The position numbers and the translations under genes are program-made. A stretch of DNA of 57,787 nucleotides, counting the filler, from Bipalium vagum (Eukaryota): the NCBI GenBank assembly GCA_037834085.1. It is 3 parts of 3 records of this genome, joined end to end, with 100 filler letters (N's around TTAATTAATTAA, not from the genome) between each part and the next. Parts side by side here need not be neighbours in the genome. Positions count along the whole stretch, not along the records: positions 1 to 15,745 come from JBBMKC010148527.1; positions 15,846 to 33,662 come from JBBMKC010049528.1; 1 more part is not named here. One strand, 5' to 3'. Under the pieces are notes generated by a model that searched no databases, was not told the origin of the DNA, and saw nothing but the letters and a program-made list of their open reading frames with translations. How positions within the stretch are numbered: position 1 is the first letter of the stretch; every line of letters begins with the position of its first letter. Positions 12,770 through 25,215 of this stretch are shown here, piece after piece.

Positions 12770-13130
12770 AGAGATACACGATAACTGGTTATATCAGGAA
12801 ACGAATAGTTGGAAATTACAATGATGGGAGAACACTGAAGGACTTGGTAAGTACATTCTCTTTACTTAAAGGAACCATTAGTGGTAATGTATCTGTGTAT
12901 AAAAAAAGGACTCATTGAAGGTTAAAGAAGAGAAGGCTGAAGAATTTGCAAGCAACTTTAGAAATAAAAGAATTTATTCTTGATGAAGTCGACAATAAAA
13001 AAGATATTAGTCTGAAAATTTTTAAAAAAAAACTGGACAATGGAAAAATTCAAGGTTAGTTTATCAAAGATTGTAATTGTCTGAATGGCTTCCATTATTC
13101 TTTTAAAAATAATTATGGTAATTACACTGT
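12770..13130 (+). mobile_element. Tc1/IS630-like transposase N-terminal HTH remnant
   Basis: 'RYTITGYIRKRIVGNYNDGRTLKDLVSTFSLLKGTISGNVSVYK...IKEFILDEVDNKKDISLK' has the paired-like HTH layout. Confidence 0.5.
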
Positions 13131-14499
13131 CTGGTACCAGAATTACTAAGAATTATAAAATTTCCTGTATCACTTTGTTATTCAAGTTTAAAAGTTTCTT
13201 ATTATGTTTACAACATTTGTTAATGAACTTAAAACCCTGTGAATGGATGAGTATGAAAATGTAACAAAAAAGAAATGTCTGGTGATGGAAATACTTTGAC
13301 TTCAATTTAAAATGAATGAATGGAACTCCTAAATGACAAAACAATAATTGAAACTATATTACAGAATAATATAATCCTAAGAACATTGATGACACTGACA
13401 AACCTGGAGAAACTGAATCAGAATTGGTGATCATTAGTAAAAGAGATGGCTAGTTACAAACGATTCAATCGTTTTATAGAGCAATGCTGAACAAAAATCG
13501 AAATACTTTAATCAATTGAACACCAGGTACAACTCATTATTTTCAACAATACGTCGGAGGCAAGAGAAATAACTCCGGATACTTGGTTTAAGACCCGGAA
13601 GAAAACTATTTTTTACATTTTCTGTCGTTATCGCCTAGCTTAATTAAAAAATTATTTTTATTTTTATTACCACGAATTATGATAAAAATCAATTTTCTCG
13701 ATAATATCAAGACCCGGTTAAAATCATAATTTTCTCTGTAACGGACATCGTCATACCAATTCAGATGTTTTAATTTGCAAATATTTTAACAATTTTTTAT
13801 ATTTAATTTTTCGAAAAATTATATTTTTATTTTTTATAAATATAAATAATATTATTAAACATTCATAAGCCATTATTCAAAATAAATACATCATAAAATC
13901 AAAATTTGCTTTTTAAGGAGTGGCTCATAATACATAGCTTTCTCCTTAACGGAAAATTTATATTATTACGGAGTTTTAAACAGTAAAGTTCTGTCTCATA
14001 AGTTCACAGCTGCAAGCCTAACATTTTTGATCTAATCAATATAAAATTCTTTGATCCATTTTGATGACTCATATTGTAAGAGAAATGAGTACCAGTTATT
14101 GTATTTTGTGATCCAGTACAGTTTTCTCCTTATGGATATTAATTAAATGGGAATTTTTACATTATTATTTTTCGAGTTTCATTTTTATTTTTAATGGTAA
14201 ATAATATTTTTTAATAAAAAATAAAATATAGAACACAGTCATTCTAACGCAATAATAAAAATTATTGTTATTATTATTATTAGGAAAATCCATAAGTTTC
14301 CGTTGCTAACATATTCATGACATTTTAAATATTATTATAACATATACGCAGTATTTGGAAACATTTGTTTAAGTTTGTTATTATTGATTATATTGATATG
14401 CATGACCACAAAATTTATTTAAATTAGCCGATATATCCCAAGAAATATTTATGGAAATTGATAAAATGAATATATGTTGTCCCTTTTCAATCAATACAA

Positions 14500-14810
14500 A
14501 ACATCTACCGAAGTAACGTGATTAATTCGCAAAAATTATGGGGAGAGAACAATAGTCGTCAGCTGACAATGGTTCAGACACTACAAGTGAAGATATTGAT
14601 TTAAAGGAACTATTGGTTCGGCCACAATAAATGAATTCGGAAGAATTTGAAGAGTATGAAAAAATATTCGATTATAGAGCTGGTGAGAAGACGATTTGGA
14701 GGATGCATCACATGGATTTAATTCTGAAAGACGGCAAATGATCAAGGGCAAGTCTTTTTTGTAAAGAGAAATGACCATAGACGAAAAGTGAATATGTTTT
14801 TATGATTCCA
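14500..14810 (+). mobile_element. mariner transposase remnant
   Basis: Broken frames give 'QWFRH..EDIDLK...G.P' and 'TIDEKW', the mariner T.DEKW first catalytic motif. Confidence 0.55.
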
Positions 14811-14907
14811 ATAATAAACTATCAAAATATAATTATGAACTACACGAAATTAAAATATTATTTTTGCGATTTTAAGTTAATAAATAAATAAATATAAAAA
14901 TTTTAAC

Positions 14908-15036
14908 CACAAGAATGGGTTCCTGGTACAAAGAACGTCTGTGCCGGACAGGTACACTCGCTTGCGCCAGGATGACAGATGCTGTTATAGACATCGGTGC
15001 AGTCCTGATCCATACTGCATTTCAGATCCGTTAAAA
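14908..15036 (-). CDS. isolated internal exon encoding a 6-Cys EGF/EB-like module
   Basis: Acceptor tttttttccattcag and donor G|gttaaa bound a 129-nt phase 1-1 exon that is open. It encodes (V)LTDLKCSMDQDCTDVYNSICHPGASECTCPAQTFFVPGTHSC and forms a GC-richer island in AT-rich DNA. The rest of the gene was not identified. Confidence 0.7.
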
Positions 15037-15454
15037 CTGAATGGAAAAAAAACTTCATAAAAAAAGAAAACATAAATAGCAAAAAACAAAGAACCTTGAA
15101 GTATCATTTTAACATTGTGTTGCTCTCATCAAGAAATGTAATTAAAAGCCCATCAACAGAAAAAAAATGTAAAGTTCAATGTCCTGTTCCATCAAGAAGA
15201 AAAATTGTAATGGAAAATTTGAAAAAAACATTTCCTTCCTTTTACTTTTTAGATTAAATCTTTGTAATAATTATTCACAAAAGAATATTTTCAAATGATT
15301 TTTTTGTTTAAATTCATCAAATATTATACAAAAAAATAAAAATGAAATAAAATAAATATATAATAATATTGATTTAAATATTACGATATAACTGCATAAT
15401 CAAATTACTTGTCTACTTTATTCTTAATTGATCAATATAACACGAATATTATTA

Positions 15455-15745
15455 TTATTATAAATAATAATAAAAAAATTAATAAGAATATTAATAAAAA
15501 TATTAATAAAAAAATTAATAAGAATATTAATAAAAATATTAAAAAAAAATTAATAAGAATATTAATAAANNNNNNNNNNNNNNNNNNNNNNNNNNNNNNN
15601 NNNNNNNNNNNNNNNNNNNNNNNNNNNNNNNNNNNNNNNNNNNNNNNNNNNNNNNNNNNNNNNNNNNNNNNNNNNNNNNNNNNNNNNNNNNNNNNNNNNN
15701 NNNNNTTAATAAAAATATTAATAAAAATATTAATAAAAATATTAA
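15455..15745. repeat. 12-mer minisatellite (AATAAAAATATT)n spanning an N gap
   Basis: Tandem AATAA(A/G)AATATT units are visible on both sides of the gap. Confidence 0.85.
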
Positions 15746-15845
15746 NNNNNNNNNNNNNNNNNNNNNNNNNNNNNNNNNNNNNNNNNNNNTTAATTAATTA
15801 ANNNNNNNNNNNNNNNNNNNNNNNNNNNNNNNNNNNNNNNNNNNN
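15746..15845. other. artificial 100-nt contig spacer (44N-TTAATTAATTAA-44N)
   Basis: A six-frame-stop linker is flanked by equal N runs, identical in structure to 33663-33762. Confidence 0.9.
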
Positions 15846-17564
15846 CAGTAGGCTCAGTTTGCTTTTAATTTTTGTTTTTGAAAACTAATTTAATGGTAAT
15901 CCCAATAGGCTCAGTTTGCTTTCAATTTTAATCCCAAGTAATGATCAAAAATTTTTTGGCCATTTTATTTAAAATTTCTTGTTTATTTATATTAATATTT
16001 TTCTTTTAATTATAATTATAGTAATTATTTTTTACTATTTTTATTTTAATTCAATTATTTATTACCATTTTTAACATTATTTTAAAAATTTTTCCCAAAT
16101 TATTTATTTTTAGTAACTTGATGTTACTACTAAATTCTTTATGGTAAACCTAATAATATTATTATATTTTTTAAATTATTAATTTATTATTATTTAATTT
16201 ATTTAATTATTTTAATCATTCATATTTTAAATACTTTTTCGGTCAGAATTGTTAACATTAAAACAATTTCTTACAACAAATATATTTTACACAAAAATAA
16301 ATAAAGTTACATGCACTTTTATGAAATCACAAAGTTGGAAAATGTTGTTGATAATCACAAACAAAGGTATAAAGTGTTGTGTGGTAATCACAAAGGTATA
16401 AGCACAAAAGGTTTATCGATAAGTTCACGAATTGGGTGCTGATTGTGTTTTTGGAGTCTTGTTTGGTCGTAGTCTCCACACATAAATAAATATTTTTAAA
16501 AAGTAAAAACTAAAATTATTCTTACTTTTTTTGTAATTAATAAATTTCATTTGGGGTTGTTCATTTAGAGTGAGATTTACACTTTATTTGAAGATTTTAC
16601 GAAATATAAATTAATTTAAATCACTGCAGATATATTATATTTAAATTGCGCATTGATAGACTTTTACTTTGCATATTTTTTCTTCTAAATTTCATCTCAA
16701 ATTTGTACTATTTTCTAATCTTCGAATTTATAACTTAAGGTAAATTTTTTGTCTTTGATTTATTTGTAAATTTCGTGTACAGTGTTTTGAGGTACACCAC
16801 TCTAAATAAAATTAACTAAAACATGTGATTTTATTTATTAATTTTCTAATTGTAAAAATATTATTATGATGAGGTTTTGAATAAATGTTTTCTAATTTGA
16901 ATATAAAAATTTATAAATGATACGCCTACATTCCATGATCCCCAAATGGGACTAGTCCTAAAATCTGAGTAAATCTTTTTTTAATTTTTGGAAACTTATT
17001 CAGTCTTAATAGGTCATATATCAAAACTATTTTACACTAAGTAAATCAAATTTTTGTCCTCTTGAATCTGGAATGAAATGGGTTAAAGAGAAACTGAAAC
17101 TAAAAAACTTAAAGATTCTTTTTTTAGAATATTTCCAATTACCCAACATATTTAAACTTCTAATAAAACAAACGTTAAATATTACTCTATTATTAAACAT
17201 TAAATGACTTATTTTTCAAAATAATTTTTTTTCTATGATTTCAAGATATTTATTTGTAATTTATCAAGATATATTATTTTGAAATTAACATTAAGTCATT
17301 ATACAAATTATTAATTAACTTAATAACTACATTAGAATATTTGTTATAATTTATTTTGGAAATATTATTTTTCAAATTTGTTATCACTTCAGTATTTTAA
17401 AAGTCCTGAAAAGCCATTTTAGTAAAAATTATATTTATCTCAATGTGTTTTTAATTTCAAATCAATTCAAAATAATACTATAAAAAAATCAAATAATGAT
17501 GGTAAGTTATTTTTAGGTTCTTTGTTTGAATAATTATTTTTTGCAAAAATTCAATTTTTGAGAA

Positions 17565-20500
17565 ATGTCAGATGAGATCTTAAATTTACAGTCTATTCAT
17601 CCATTTAAGACAAGCAAAACTAATATTTGCAATAATCAGAGGTATAACACAATTGATTCGCATTCGGGATTGCTTGCTTCTGCTGCAGAAAAGGGTATAC
17701 GTTGTGGTTAACATTTAAATTTTGTTTAATAATAATTAGGTATATACATTTATGATTTAAATCATTATGAAAAGTGCAGCGAAGAGTCAACTGCTAGAAA
17801 AGACAAATTAATTGACCAGAAATCAATTTTAAAAATATATGACTCTGAAGAATTTTCCTGGCTTGAATTTAACTGTGATGGTTCATTACTATTAATAACA
17901 AGTTCAGACGATGTTGGGGATGTGAAAGCCATAAAAATAATCGATGTTAATAAAACAGTACAAAAGGTAAATTATTTTTATTAGATTCAGTAATAAATTT
18001 TACAATAGCAACATGAAACTATTTTGTGTACTTTCCAACCAAATTCACCTTTTAAATTGAATGACTTGAAATGGCATCCAACTGAAAGCAAATTACTGTT
18101 AATAGTGTTAAATGACACAGTCAACTTGTGCTCAGTCAAAAGTGGTGAATTATTAATCATTAATTCAAAAACAAACAGTTTCTGTGGTAAATTTTGATAG
18201 ATATTTGATAGCATTAAATAAATATAATTAAGCATCATGGAGTCCAAAGGGTAAACAGTTTTCAGTAATAATGAAAAGTGGAACAAACGGAAATTTTATT
18301 ATCAATCAATATGACAACATGATGGTGGAGAAAAGATCTACAGAAATGATAAATGTTTCTAATGAATTCAAAGGTATTTGTTTGACTGGAATATATAACT
18401 TTATCTTTGATTATAAGAAATTTTTAAAGCTTTTTGTCAATTACACATTTTTTATTAAGTAACTTGTCTTGTATAATTTTTTATTACACTTCAATAATTA
18501 ATTTTAACAATATATATAATTAATGCTTGTTTCCGATAATAATTTTTCTTTTTATTCACCATTTCAACCAAATTTATTATATTTGATTTTTAGTGAATTT
18601 CGATCTGATTCCAATTGATATATATTGGTACTCCACCTACAATTATATTATTGGATTCCGTGGACAGACTCAAGATACCGAAAAATTTAAAATATATACC
18701 TGTAGTTTTGGAATTGTAATATTTATTATTTTTATATACATATGGTCAATAAATTCATTAAGAAATCAAATATTCAAGTGTTATCTAATGTTGCAAGTTC
18801 TAATGACTGTATTAATCCCAATCCCGGACCTCTTGCTCGCTTGTATTTTCTACATATCATGGATTGGAATTTGATTGTCCTAGCAAATAATAGCTGTGAG
18901 AGTGCTGTAATCTATGGATATGATAAGGATTCAAATGTATTAAATTGTTATATGTAATTATTTTATTTTCTAATTCAGTTGGAAATGCTCAGTACATATT
19001 GCTTGCCGATCGAGGGTAATGTTGTTGGGTTGTCTTGTGATTTCACTTCTGAAAAAACATTCATTTCTCCTGTGACTAAAAATTTATTGTCATACCCTAT
19101 GCTTCTTATTAATATGAGCAATGGAAATTTGTTCGGAATTTATTTAGTCCATATAACCAAGACATTAGAGAAAAAACACAAAATAAAAAGTTTATTAGAA
19201 ATTTTTATTTTAGTCACATTTTACTTTATTAATTCTAGTTCCAGAGAGTAAATTGATTTCAAATGAAACAGTTATAGGTAACGATTTTCATGTTGAAAAT
19301 TCTGATACTGGTCTATCCAATGTGTTACATAAAAATGATTTTGAAAAAACTAAACAAAGTGTCGAAGTTGTGGACAAGAGTCAGCAAAGTTTAAACAATA
19401 TTACGACAAAACAAGAAAAAACGGAAATTGTTATTTCTGCAAGACCAAATTTGTTTGGAACTACAAACAATACAAATTTGGCAAAAACTAATTTATTTGG
19501 ATCTCCAAATGAAAATCCAATGAATCCTTTAAAAACAAATATGTTCGCTTCAACCAATACAGTGACTTCTACAACAAACATATTTGGCTCTGCCAATGCA
19601 GTGAGTGATTTTAAGCCAAAGTTATTCGGAACACAGACAACTGAAAGTGATTCAAAACCAACTTTATTTGGAACACAGAAAACTGAAAGTGACTCTAAAC
19701 CAAATTTTTTTGGAACACAGACAACTGAAAGTGATTCAAAACCAACTTTATTTGGAACACAGAAAACTGAAAGTGACTCTAAACCAAATTTTTTTGGAAC
19801 ACAGACAACTGAAAGTGATTCAAAACCAAATTTATTTGGAACACAGACAACTGAAAGTAATCTGAGACCGAATCTTTTCGACTCCGTCAATACAGCGAGT
19901 GATTCTAAGTTTAACTTATTTGGATCATTGAATTCGCAGTGTAATGTTAAATCAAAACTATTTGATTCAATCAAGGTTGAAAATATTCAAAAATCAAACT
20001 TGTTTGCATTAAAAAATTCAGACATTGGTAATAAAATAAATCCTTCTGCATCCAAAACCATTGATAATAGATCTAACCAAAGTAGTTTATCAGAAGCAGA
20101 ACAGTTAGAAAACGTTTCTGGTGTAAGCTTATCAAAATCCGAGCAGTCTGAAAAAAACATTCAAATTACTTCAAGTCTGAAAACTAATGCAGAAAATTGC
20201 ATATTTAGTGCATCGAGCAAAAAATTTGAAACAAGTACAGTTATACCAAACACAAATAAAAATATATTTCCGAATAAAATTTCTGCTAACTGTAAAATGG
20301 AAGATCATAAAGCAAATAAACCTGTTATAAATAATTTTCAGAATCAGGGTTCTGGTGATAGTGAGAAAACAGGTAAGAATTTTCTTGTTATCCAGGTTTC
20401 TGAGACTTGATTAAAAAAATATGATTATTATCAAAATACTTATTATGTTTAGTCACAAGATAACCTTTGATTGATTTCATTAGATTTATTTATTTATTAT

Positions 20501-23500
20501 TTGGTTAACTATGATTAGATTTTAATTATTTTAATTATAATAATTATTCATGAAATCTGAAATTTCTTACAAATATAAAATTATTTGCATAACTTAAACT
20601 TTTGATGTTTATTAAGTAACGAATTAAAATTTTCATTTTTTAACTAATTATTTTGACATTGAAAGCTCGATATTTTTCCTTGAAATCGGATTTCTTTCGT
20701 TGAAATTTTTGGTCTGATTTAGAAGATTATGATTTGGTACTAATCAATCTGATTTCTCTTTTAGAAACGTCTGACAAATTATTTCAATTTTAGTTCCAAG
20801 TAGAGAATTTCAGTATTTTACTTATCAATATTTAATATTATTTTAAGAATTATAAGTTTTTAATTTTGGTGTAATTATGATATGATATTATATATGAAAA
20901 AACATATGATATTATATAAATACATTTTGAAAATATTATTTTCAGATAAGTTGGTCATGGATAAAAAGACCCAGAAAACCGTAGTCAATGAAGGTAAAGC
21001 ACAAGGAAACAAAAGCTCATTGAAAATAGAGATGATTGACAATGTTCTTGTGGTATAACTCATTATACAGGAATTATGGATATAAATATTTTTAGGATGC
21101 CGTCAAATATTTAGAAGAGAGATTTTCACAAATTAAAATCAATATTAATAATCATATTTTAAAGTCCCAACAGTTTTTCAACAGTGATTCAATGAAATAT
21201 GAAATACCTTTAATGTTCAGCGATACAGAAAAATGTAACATCAGTCTTAAAAAGATAGAAACGGTACATTTTGATTGACAGCTTTTTATATATTTTCTTT
21301 ATGGGTTTAGTCCAACAACAGTTTGAATTTGAAGTCAATATCCCTTCTCCAAGATATTGAAATATCACTGGAATTTACCTCTAGACTACAGTCAGCAATT
21401 TCAGAATCAAAGGTTAAAAACAAATCCATAAAACCAACTGCAAATCCGTTATTGAAGAAAACTGCACTGAACCTTGTGGATTTGAAAGAAAAAGTCAATT
21501 GTGGTTTGAAAGATTTGGAGGAGGCTTTGGATCAGATTGAAAAAGAAAGGTTAAATAGTTTTTTACTCATACAAAAGTAATACTGAATTACTTATTTTTA
21601 GAAATTACGAACCAATTGTTTTGAGAAATCAATATCAATTGGACGATGTCAGTCGAATTCTTAACGCTTATCGTAAATCCATGTGCATTGAAAAATCGAA
21701 AATCGATTTATTGAAGAAACATTTGAAAGAAGTCAGCAACCCAGAATTCGATGACGTATACAATTATACGAAATTGATAGATGCAAAATCACAGGTTAAA
21801 GATCAGAGAATGGAGCAACATTTATATTCCTTGATGTGTAAAAGACCAGTGACAAAATTGAAATTTTATTCAGAAGAATGTAATTCTTCTGGCGCGACTG
21901 CTAATGTGAACAAATCATTAAAATCACAATTACGGCACACAAATGCACCTAGAAAGTCAAGCGAACATGTTATCCATAATGAAGTGAAAAATACAATGCA
22001 ATCTCCCAGTTTTAAATTGGTCGATAAAAACATTTATAAGAGTCCTTTGAAAAATGAACAAACAAATCAGGATAAAAGTTCAATTCATTTCGAAGGGAAA
22101 CCTACACTATTTTTAAATAAGTCCACAGAAAAACAAGTATTTATCACTACTGCTCCAACATCACATCAGGGACCAGTGAAAACTATATCAAGTCTGTCGA
22201 GTAATATGCAAAAATTTACAACGGAAAACAACGACAAAAATTTGATGAGATCAACATTTCCCGTGAAGTCCGAGGTTTGTTCAACTTCGAAAATTGAAAA
22301 TTCTAATTTTTCAATTCCTAACGCGTCTATATGTTCTGTAAATAGCCTTCCTAGGACCACAAGTACGATAAGCGCTTCGCAATCATTACAATCTTCATTC
22401 AGTGTTACGGCAAAACCTGCAGAATTGGCAGAGAGATCAAATGATCAAAGGAATTGTCAGCAGGTAACCAATACATTAAAATCCGAAAAAGTTCTTGAAA
22501 CTAAAGAAAATAAAGTTATAGTCGTTACAAATTCTGTGATGTCTAGTGCTGCTCAAACAATAATAAAAATTTCAAGTTCAGAATCTCTAATCAATGTGTC
22601 ACCCGACTGCCAGACTGCTATCCAAAATACCAAAGGACTCAATGCATCAGTAAATTTGATTTCAACGAAAACTACAATTACAGAATCAAATCCATCTCAT
22701 AAATTTAGTGAAGGCTTATTTTCAAATTCTGCAATAAATAAAAAGCTTAACACGCCTGGTTCAGGATCAGTTGAAAGTAATTCCTTAGATCAAACGAATA
22801 ATGTGTTACTTGGGTCTTCAATAGACACCATCAATACATCACCATTGGGTACATCTTCAAAGACTATTACTGGTAATCTTTTTGGTGACAATAATGCAAC
22901 AAGTCAATCTGGAATGGGACTTTCTGCTTCAAAGCCGACACTTATAACGACAAGTATAGTACTTTCGACATCATCTTCACAAATAAGTGGACAATTTGCA
23001 AATTCTAAATCATTTTTCGGAACGTCAGCCGTAAAATCTTCATTTCAACAGCAACCAGGGATCTTTGGACAAACTGGTTCTAGTAAACCCAATAGTGGAT
23101 TATTTTCAAGTCCTGTAACTTCATCTCAAGGACTGTTTTCACCATCTATAATAAATATACAAAAAAGTGATGATGAACTTTGTTCCATTCAATCTACCAA
23201 TTCCGATAAAACAACAATTTCCACAGAATTATTGAACCAAAATCTACTATTATCTACTACTAGTGAGTCTGTGCAGGGATTGTTCACCAGCTGTACCATA
23301 TCGACTAGCTTGCCAATACAAAAATCTGAATTATTTGCTGCTACTAGTGAAAATCAGAGTGTCACTTCTATTTCAGAATCTGAAAATAAATCTAATACCA
23401 CCAATTTGTTTGCAGTATCATCTTCATCAACACAATCCCCAAGTCTATTCAGTACAAATAAACCAAACGGGGGATTGTTTGGTAGTATGACGAGTTCCAG

Positions 23501-25215
23501 CGGTTTATTTTCTTCTCCCAATCAAAATCAAAAGGGAGGAATATTTGGAAGTCCGGCAACACCGAGCTTGAATAGCACTTCGTTGTTTGGTTCATCAGGA
23601 GTCAGTGATGGGACAAATGCTAAGAATGTTTCAGAAGTAACCAATAAACCAACTGGTGGATTGTTTAGTAACAGTCCCGTAACCAATTCGACATTGTTCG
23701 GGTCATCCAATAATACCAACAAATCAGAGTCTGGATTATTTGGCGTTGCTTCAACGAACAAGCCTACATCAAACTTATTCGGAAATATCACGAAATCAGA
23801 TCAAAGTAGTAGACTATTAACAGATACCACCAAAGCACCGCAAAATTCAACAAATGAATTTATTTCAAATCCAGCGTTGAGTACTGGAACTGTTGGTCTT
23901 TTCTCGACATCGAAATCTGGAACTGGCGGTCTTTTCTCGACCTCGTCATCGAATTCTGGAACTGGTGGTCTTTTCTCGACCTCGACATCGAATTCTGGAA
24001 CTGGTGGTCTTTTCTCGACCTCGACATCGAATTCTGGAACTGGCGGTCTTTTCTCGACCTCGAAATCGAATTCTGGAACTGGCGGTCTTTTCTCGACGTC
24101 GACATCGAATTCAGGAACCGGAGGATTGTTTTCATCTAATCAGAGAAGCGCTGGACTATTTTCAAATACCACTTCGAGTCCAGGAGGTGGGCTTTTCTCT
24201 AATTCATGTCAAAATCAAGGCGTTACACCATCATTGTTTGGTGGAGGAGCAACAGCAAATAATTCACAATCAGGTGTTGGTTTAAACCAATCTAGTCAAT
24301 CCATCAATAGTGGATTATTTGGAAATACCACAGTATCGAGTCAGCCCTCGGGTTTTTTTGGTAAAAATGCCGTATCTCCAAAATCCGGAAATCTCTTTGA
24401 AAGTACAAATTTATTCGCTTCTCAACAAGAACAAACTAAAACAAATTCTACTTCGTCTGGTAAAACTTCTTATTTCATATAATTGACAATTATTATTATT
24501 TGTAACAGGTTTTTCTTTTGGGTAAGATTGAGGATAAATTTCTGATTCCATATTGATTTGGTTCAGCTCTTCATTTATCAGCGGATTAGGTGGAAGTCAG
24601 ACTTCAAATAATTCTTCAAATATATTTGCATCGGTAAGAACGAGCACAACTACAGGAAGTAATTATAATAACCTTTTGATTATTAATCAGTCAATTAATT
24701 AAGATTCAAGTAGTTTATTTGCAACCAATAATCAAACCAGTAGCCTGTTTTCATCTAACAACTCAAAGGTGAACAATGCTCAGCCATCGTCTCTATTTGG
24801 TTCTCGTCCATCTTTTGGTAGTACAGCACCCAGTCTGGGACAAAATAATAATGTTCAACAGGGAACGGGGTTATTTACCAGTTCGATTTTTGGAAATTCA
24901 AATGAGTATTGTTTTCTATTATTATTATTAATCAGATAATCTTTTTTTAACAATTAATTTATTAATCTTATATTTATTGATTTTGTATTACCATTATTAA
25001 TTATTAATATTCCTCATAACACTTAAGTAATCAAATGACATTTGGAGACATGGCAACGAACCGAGCTAATCAAGATTCTTTTGGAGTCAAATCAAATGAT
25101 AGTTTTCAAGCAGGAAATCTCTTTCAATCAACGTCGTCAAGTGATATCTTTTTAATCCTTGTTCATGGTTAATATTATTTTATCAGGTCCTTCCTTCACT
25201 CAACGACGAATGTAA
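17565..25215 (+). CDS. NUP214: nucleoporin Nup214/CAN (Nup159 orthologue), 17 coding exons, about 2040 aa
   Basis: Hand-spliced exons: 17565-17694, 17740-17966, 18009-18186, 18233-18373, 18594-18715, 18763-18936, 18979-19189, 19239-20372, 20946-21052, 21096-21263, 21311-21549, 21602-24459, 24509-24521, 24582-24658, 24704-24905, 25028-25140, 25187-25215. All introns are GT-AG with consistent phases (6123 nt in total). The protein has propeller motifs 'WLEFNCDGSLL', 'DLKWHP' and 'SWSPKGKQ', a coiled-coil middle, an FG/GLFS tail, 'FSFGGLGG' and the C-terminus 'PSFTQRRM*'. Confidence 0.88.
19613..19880 (+). repeat. coding tandem repeat, about 6 x 42 nt (KPxL/FFGTQT/KTESDS)
   Basis: Near-identical 14-aa units with an 84-nt higher-order dimer lie within Nup214 exon 8. 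Confidence 0.9.
23885..24135 (+). repeat. coding tandem repeat, about 6 x 39 nt (SGTGGLFSTSTSN)
   Basis: Near-identical units are visible in both DNA and protein within Nup214 exon 12. Confidence 0.9.

Noticed and set aside
14915-15045. Structured ncRNA or group III phospholipase A2 fragment on the plus strand (PGTK...DRCCYRH)
   Set aside because: The PLA2 reading needs a frameshift and lacks the HD dyad. The minus strand gives a clean spliceable 6-Cys exon that explains the GC content.
15409-15801. 130-aa ORF across the gap
   Set aside because: It is a translation of a minisatellite, N runs and the linker.
17496-17562. Upstream ATGATG|gtaagt as the Nup214 start
   Set aside because: Splicing to the nearby acceptor puts these ATGs out of frame, so this is more likely a 5' UTR intron or uORF. 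ATG 17565 was used.
19613-24135. CRISPR-like arrays
   Set aside because: The repeats are head-to-tail without unique spacers and lie in frame in a eukaryotic exon.
19381-24285. Overlapping alternative-frame and antisense ORFs (19381-19974, 19605-19865, 23860-24135, 23893-24285)
   Set aside because: They are by-products of stop-free coding tandem repeats in Nup214.
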